Source of the DNA: Alteromonas sp.
GTDB lineage: Bacteria > Margulisbacteria > Marinamargulisbacteria > UBA6595
Assembly (NCBI GenBank): GCA_964220215.1
Contig: CAXPTH010000003.1
Span: 1-64,000, forward strand
DNA: 64,000 nt
Direction of reading: 5' to 3'
A model generated the notes under the pieces. It was not told where the DNA came from, searched no databases, and saw only the letters and a program-made list of their open reading frames with translations. Both the position numbers and the translations under genes were made by a program. Below, piece after piece: positions 58,803 through 64,000 of the stretch. The number at the start of each line of letters is the position of its first letter. The stretch's first letter is position 1.

Positions 58803-60711
58803 ATTAAATTCTAAAGTTCCAACTGGTGATATTGATAAACAATGGGATTCCCATCGGTTTAATCTTAAGTTAATCAATCCCAGCAATCGACGAAAGTATC
58901 GAATTATTATTGTCGGCACCGGTTTAGCGGGTGCTTCTGCAGCTGCATCGTTTGCTGAAATGGGCTATTCCGTTGATGTCTTCTGTTTCCAAGACAGTCC
59001 ACGACGGGCGCATAGTATTGCCGCTCAGGGCGGTATTAATGCAGCAAAAAATTACTGCAACGATGGGGACAGTATTTATCGGCTGTTTCACGATACAATT
59101 AAAGGCGGGGATTTTCGAGCGCGAGAATCCAATGTTTATCGACTTGCTCAAAACAGCGTCAATATCATTGACCAATGCGTGGCTCAGGGTGTTCCTTTTG
59201 CTCGCGAATATGGCGGTCATTTAGCCAATCGTTCTTTCGGGGGTGCGCAAGTATCGCGAACATTTTATGCCAAGGGACAAACTGGTCAGCAATTATTGTT
59301 AGGCGCATATTCAGCGATGATGAAAGAAGTGCATCGCAAACGTATTCGGTTGCATACTAAGACCGAAATGTTGGATTTGGTCTTGGTTGACGGCAAAGCG
59401 CGTGGAATTATCACCCGGCATTTAGAAACTGGAAAGATAGAAGCGCATGCTGCTGAAACGGTGATTTTAGCAACCGGCGGATACAGCAATGTGTTCTTTT
59501 TATCCACCAATGCAAAAGGGTGTAATGTCACAGCAACATGGCGAGCGCACAAGAAGGGGGCGTTTTTCGCCAATCCGTGTTTTACACAAATTCATCCTAC
59601 CTGTATACCCGTTAAAGGGGATTACCAATCCAAGTTAACGCTAATGAGTGAAAGCCTTCGAAATGATGGGCGCGTTTGGGTGCCTAAAGACAAAAATGAC
59701 AGCCGACATCCCAATGATATTCCGGATGCAGAGCGCTATTATTACTTAGAGGAACGCTACCCCAGCTTTGGAAACTTGGTTCCCCGAGACTTAGCCTCAC
59801 GAAATGCAAAATATGTCTGCGACGAGGGCTTGGGTGTTGGGGCCACGGGCTTAGCCGTCTATTTGGATTTTGCTGATGCAATTAAACGCGATGGACGATC
59901 GGCTATTGAACAACGCTATGGAAATTTGTTTGAAATTTATGAGCGTATCACGGGCGATGATCCATATACGCAACCCATGATGATTTATCCCGCTGTTCAC
60001 TACACGATGGGAGGACTCTGGGTGGATTATAATCTTATGAGCACGATTCCAGGGTTGCATGTTTTGGGTGAAGCAAACTTTTCTGATCATGGTGCCAACC
60101 GACTGGGCGCCAGTGCCCTAATGCAAGGGTTGTCCGATGGGTATTTTGTTGCTCCGTACACTGTTCCAGATTATTTGGCAACAACCGATCTAGAAACGGT
60201 AGATACAACGCATTCCGAGTTTGTCACAGCTATCCAAGCCTGTGAATCTCGAATTGAAAAACTTTTGTCTATTAAAGGGGACAAAACTGTGGATGATTTT
60301 CACCGAGAATTGGGATTAATTATGTGGGATAAATGCGGCATGTCTCGCAGTCAATCGGGTCTAGAAGAAGCTTTAGACGCGGTAAAAAAGCTAGAACAAG
60401 AGTTTTGGACCCGTGTAAATGTTCCTGGATCTGGGGATACATTAAATCAAAGCCTTGAAAAAGCGGGGCGTGTGGCAGACTTCTTTGAATTTTCAAAATT
60501 AAAAATACAAGATGCCTTGCATCGCAATGAATCTTGTGGCGGACATTTTCGAGAGGAATACCAAAGTCAAGATGGGGAAGCCGTTCGGGATGATGAGAAT
60601 TTTCGATACGTTGCTGCGTGGGAATTGAATCCAGAAACGGGTGAAGAAATATTGCATAAAGAGGTCCTGGAGTTTCCAAATGCACCACTGTCAACAAGGA
60701 GTTATAAATAG
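58792..60711 (+). CDS. sdhA: Succinate dehydrogenase/fumarate reductase flavoprotein
   Basis: [37 protein letters not shown]. Confidence 0.96.
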   Translation: MSHKLNSKVPTGDIDKQWDSHRFNLKLINPSNRRKYRIIIVGTGLAGASAAASFAEMGYSVDVFCFQDSPRRAHSIAAQGGINAAKNYCNDGDSIYRLFHDTIKGGDFRARESNVYRLAQNSVNIIDQCVAQGVPFAREYGGHLANRSFGGAQVSRTFYAKGQTGQQLLLGAYSAMMKEVHRKRIRLHTKTEMLDLVLVDGKARGIITRHLETGKIEAHAAETVILATGGYSNVFFLSTNAKGCNVTATWRAHKKGAFFANPCFTQIHPTCIPVKGDYQSKLTLMSESLRNDGRVWVPKDKNDSRHPNDIPDAERYYYLEERYPSFGNLVPRDLASRNAKYVCDEGLGVGATGLAVYLDFADAIKRDGRSAIEQRYGNLFEIYERITGDDPYTQPMMIYPAVHYTMGGLWVDYNLMSTIPGLHVLGEANFSDHGANRLGASALMQGLSDGYFVAPYTVPDYLATTDLETVDTTHSEFVTAIQACESRIEKLLSIKGDKTVDDFHRELGLIMWDKCGMSRSQSGLEEALDAVKKLEQEFWTRVNVPGSGDTLNQSLEKAGRVADFFEFSKLKIQDALHRNESCGGHFREEYQSQDGEAVRDDENFRYVAAWELNPETGEEILHKEVLEFPNAPLSTRSYK

Positions 60712-60713
60712 TC

Positions 60714-61481
60714 ATGGGTAAAACATTGGATTTAACATTACGAATATGGCGTCAAAAGAATGCAGATTCAAGCGGTGAATTTGTGACATATGACTTGGAA
60801 AATGTCGATGTAAACGCATCGTTTCTTGAAATGTTGGATGTTTTAAACGAAAAACTGACATTATCGGGTGACGAGCCTGTTGCCTTTGAGCATGATTGTC
60901 GAGAAGGTATTTGTGGCAGCTGTGGGGCCATGGTCAACGGAAAGGCCCACGGTGGTGAAGATAAAACAACGCTGTGTCAATTGCATATGCGTCACTTCAA
61001 ATCCGGTGATGTGATTGTAATTGAACCATTTCGAGCCAAAGCGTTGCCCGTTGTTAAAGACTTGGTTGTGGACCGATCGGCGCTGGATCGCATTATCGAA
61101 TCCGGTGGCTATATATCCGTAAAAACGGGAAGTGCTCCTGAAGCCAATCAAATTTTAGTTAAAAAAGATTTGGCTGATCGCGCCATGGATGCGGCATCCT
61201 GTATTGGTTGTAGCGCCTGCGTAGCCGCTTGCCCGAATGCATCAGCTATGTTGTTTACCAGTGCTAAAGTCGTTCATTTAGGCAGCTTACCCCAAGGATC
61301 CACTGAAGCAGCGTCTCGAGTGATTAATATGGTAGATGAAATGAAAAATAGTGGGTTTGGCAATTGTTCCAATGAATATTTATGTGAAGCAGCATGCCCC
61401 AAAGGCATTAAAGTTTCAAATATCGCCAAAATGAATCAATGGTATAAACAAGCCATGACCAACCAAGAATTGAGTGAGTAA
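60714..61481 (+). CDS. sdhB: Succinate dehydrogenase Fe-S subunit
   Basis: [32 protein letters not shown]. Confidence 0.96.
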   Translation: MGKTLDLTLRIWRQKNADSSGEFVTYDLENVDVNASFLEMLDVLNEKLTLSGDEPVAFEHDCREGICGSCGAMVNGKAHGGEDKTTLCQLHMRHFKSGDVIVIEPFRAKALPVVKDLVVDRSALDRIIESGGYISVKTGSAPEANQILVKKDLADRAMDAASCIGCSACVAACPNASAMLFTSAKVVHLGSLPQGSTEAASRVINMVDEMKNSGFGNCSNEYLCEAACPKGIKVSNIAKMNQWYKQAMTNQELSE

Positions 61482-63078
61482 TACTGTATTTATTTTTATT
61501 ACAGGGGGAGTCGTTTCTTCTATTGGTAAAGGCATAACCATTGCATCGCTGGGCCTATTATTAAAGCGGCGCGGCTTGTCTGTGGCTGTTCAAAAATTTG
61601 ATCCCTATTTAAATGTTGATCCTGGCACCATGAGCCCATATCAACACGGGGAGGTATTTGTCACTGAAGATGGGGGCGAGACCGACTTGGATTTGGGGCA
61701 TTACGAACGATTTATGGATCAAAATCTATCCCGACTCAGCTCCGTAACATCCGGCATGGTGTACTGGGATGTATTATCAAAAGAGCGACGGGGGGACTTT
61801 TTAGGTAATACCGTTCAAATTATTCCTCATGTCACCAATGAAATTCAACGGCGTTTGGTCAGCGTCTTGGATGAAACCCATTACGATGTTGTGTTAACCG
61901 AAGTTGGGGGAACCATTGGCGATATGGAAAGCATGGCGTTTTTAGAAGCCATTCGTCAATTTCAATACAACAATCGCGCCAATTGTTTTCACATTCACAT
62001 GACCTTGGTTCCTTACATACAAGCTGCTGGCGAACTAAAAACAAAACCAACCCAACACAGTGTTAAAGAATTGCGTGAAATCGGTATTCACCCCGATGCA
62101 ATTGTGTGCCGAGCAGAATTGCCTTTAGATGAAAGCGTTAAAAAGAAAATTGCCTTATTTTGTGATGTGGATGAAACCGCAGTCATATCCGCACATGATG
62201 TGCCCAGTTTATATGAAGTGCCGTTTGTCTTAGCGAAAGAAAATCTAGATGGCGTCGTTGCTAAAAAGTTTGGATGGGAATCTGTTCCCATTGATTTAAG
62301 CGATTGGGCGCAATTTGTTGAATTATCAAAATCCACCCCAAACCAAACACTAACCATTGCTATTGTGGGTAAGTACACGGCCCTAAGTGATGCCTATATT
62401 AGTGTTGTGGAAGCCCTAAAACATGCCGCCATGGCATACAATTGCAGTGTCAAAATTCAATGGGTGCATGCCGATGAGCTGGAAAACACAGACAGCTTGG
62501 ACACACAGTTTAGCAACGTGGATGGCATTTTAGTTCCCGGTGGATTTGGCGATCGGGGATTGGGAGGTAAAATTCGAGCGGCGAACTATGCACGCGAGCA
62601 CAAAATCCCCTATTTTGGGTTGTGTTTAGGTATGCATGTTGCCGTTATTGAATTTGCTCAAAATGTGTTGCAATGGCCCAATGCCAACAGCCGTGAATTT
62701 AGTTCTGAAGACAAATTGGTCATTGACCTCATGGAAGATCAACACAATCAAACAGACAAAGGTGGCAGCATGCGATTGGGCGCTTACGATTGTTATTTAG
62801 TCACCGATAGCTTAGCCTATCAAGCCTATCAAACATCGGTTGTATCGGAACGCCATCGCCACCGATACGAATTTAATAATACGTATCGCCAGGCGTTTGA
62901 ATCGGCCGGTTTGCGTATTGTTGGCGAAAACAAAGAACGCAATCTTGTTGAAATTATCGAAATTCCGGATCATCCTTGGTATCTAGCTTGTCAATTTCAT
63001 CCAGAGTTTAAATCACGACCCAATCGGCCCCATCCCTTGTTTTCATCGTTTATTCAAGGAGTATTAAGCAACCAATGA
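61474..63078 (+). CDS. pyrG: CTP synthase
   Basis: [48 protein letters not shown]. Confidence 0.98.
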   Translation: MSNTVFIFITGGVVSSIGKGITIASLGLLLKRRGLSVAVQKFDPYLNVDPGTMSPYQHGEVFVTEDGGETDLDLGHYERFMDQNLSRLSSVTSGMVYWDVLSKERRGDFLGNTVQIIPHVTNEIQRRLVSVLDETHYDVVLTEVGGTIGDMESMAFLEAIRQFQYNNRANCFHIHMTLVPYIQAAGELKTKPTQHSVKELREIGIHPDAIVCRAELPLDESVKKKIALFCDVDETAVISAHDVPSLYEVPFVLAKENLDGVVAKKFGWESVPIDLSDWAQFVELSKSTPNQTLTIAIVGKYTALSDAYISVVEALKHAAMAYNCSVKIQWVHADELENTDSLDTQFSNVDGILVPGGFGDRGLGGKIRAANYAREHKIPYFGLCLGMHVAVIEFAQNVLQWPNANSREFSSEDKLVIDLMEDQHNQTDKGGSMRLGAYDCYLVTDSLAYQAYQTSVVSERHRHRYEFNNTYRQAFESAGLRIVGENKERNLVEIIEIPDHPWYLACQFHPEFKSRPNRPHPLFSSFIQGVLSNQ

Positions 63079-64000
63079 AAGACGAATGCGGTGTTTTTGG
63101 TGTTTTTGGTCATTTAGAAGCCTCTGAATTGTGTTACTTGGGGTTGTATGCACTCCAACATCGGGGGCAGGAAAGTGCCGGTATTATTTCCTCGGACAAT
63201 GGGGAGTTTTATGTGGTTAAAGATATGGGACTGGTGGGAGAGGTTTTTGATTCAAATCGACTGGAATCATTAAAAGGCACTGCGGCCATTGGGCATGTTC
63301 GGTATTCGACAACAGGGTCATCCCATGCCCACAATATTCAGCCATTATATGCCAAAACAGCCCATGGCAAATTAGCAATTGCCCACAATGGCAATTTAAC
63401 CAATGCCGCCCATTTGCATAAAATTCTAAAAGATGATGGCGCTCTGTTTCAATCCACTGTGGATACCGAAGTACTCTTGCATATTATGGCCCAACTAAAA
63501 ACCATGGACTTTTCCGATCGATTAATACAAGCGTTGCAAAAAATTGAAGGGGCTTTTTCATTGGTTGGCATGGATGAACACTGCTTATTTGGTGTTCGGG
63601 ATCCGCATGGGTTTCGCCCGTTGGTTTTGGGCAAAAAAGATGAGGCCTTTGTCTTGGCGTCTGAAACGTGTGCCTTGGATTTAATTGGGGCCAGCTACGA
63701 ACGCGAGATACGACCCGGTGAATGTGTCATTATTACTGAATCAGGGCTTCAATCAATTCAGTATAGCACCATTGCAATGCCTAAACAGTGTGTGTTTGAA
63801 CACGTGTATTTTGCTCGACCCGATAGCATTGTCTATGACCAAAGTGTACACAAGGTACGCAAAGCGTTTGGCCGTGTTTTAGCTAACGAATTTCCAAGAA
63901 AAGCAGATCTTGTTATTGCCATTCCCGATTCTGGAAATAGCGCAGCCTTGGGCTATTCAGAAGCCTCAGGCATTCCGTTTGAGTTTGGGATTACGCGCAA
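63075..64000 (+). CDS. purF: Amidophosphoribosyltransferase, 5' part; runs off the window end
   Basis: Not in the ORF track. Manual translation from ATG 63075: MKDECGVFG...LQHRGQESAG...GHVRYST...HNGNL...CVFEHVYFARPDS. Confidence 0.96.
   Translation, partial: MKDECGVFGVFGHLEASELCYLGLYALQHRGQESAGIISSDNGEFYVVKDMGLVGEVFDSNRLESLKGTAAIGHVRYSTTGSSHAHNIQPLYAKTAHGKLAIAHNGNLTNAAHLHKILKDDGALFQSTVDTEVLLHIMAQLKTMDFSDRLIQALQKIEGAFSLVGMDEHCLFGVRDPHGFRPLVLGKKDEAFVLASETCALDLIGASYEREIRPGECVIITESGLQSIQYSTIAMPKQCVFEHVYFARPDSIVYDQSVHKVRKAFGRVLANEFPRKADLVIAIPDSGNSAALGYSEASGIPFEFGITR

Overview
Gene-dense bacterial chromosome segment from a diderm (lpxB, LptA-like and outer-membrane beta-barrel genes). The gene mix would fit a deep-branching lineage such as marine Margulisbacteria, but that is an unverified guess. 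Most of the window is housekeeping: mrpA/hppA, pyrE, rplY, bioB, purQ, dprA, pyrH-frr-uppS-cdsA-dxr, lpxB, a Bat-like vWA cluster, prs, pckA, menA, metXW, mnmA, miaB, der, ispF, sppA, mdh-sdhCAB, pyrG and purF. I found no rRNA, tRNA, CRISPR array or IS element. Main points of interest: (1) a self-contained signalling cassette at 44.6-48.7 kb, FIST/NosP -> soluble class III adenylate cyclase -> metallo-beta-lactamase-fold hydrolase, facing a second FIST paralog; (2) an AT-rich island at 25.5-30.6 kb with a perfect sigma70 promoter, stacked SD-like repeats, a beta-barrel gene and a 1359-aa Thr-repeat membrane protein; (3) a ParB-like + spore-photoproduct-lyase-like radical SAM pair, and a 2OG-oxygenase next to a nucleosidase-GT2 fusion; (4) a decaying DUF4116/gamma-CA patch with reconstructable lesions; (5) many genes with a -10 box 6-8 nt before the start codon (likely leaderless mRNAs); (6) several enzymes with altered catalytic motifs (TrxB FxxC, CPBP, BatA MIDAS). 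All calls come from motif recognition by eye; no searches were run.
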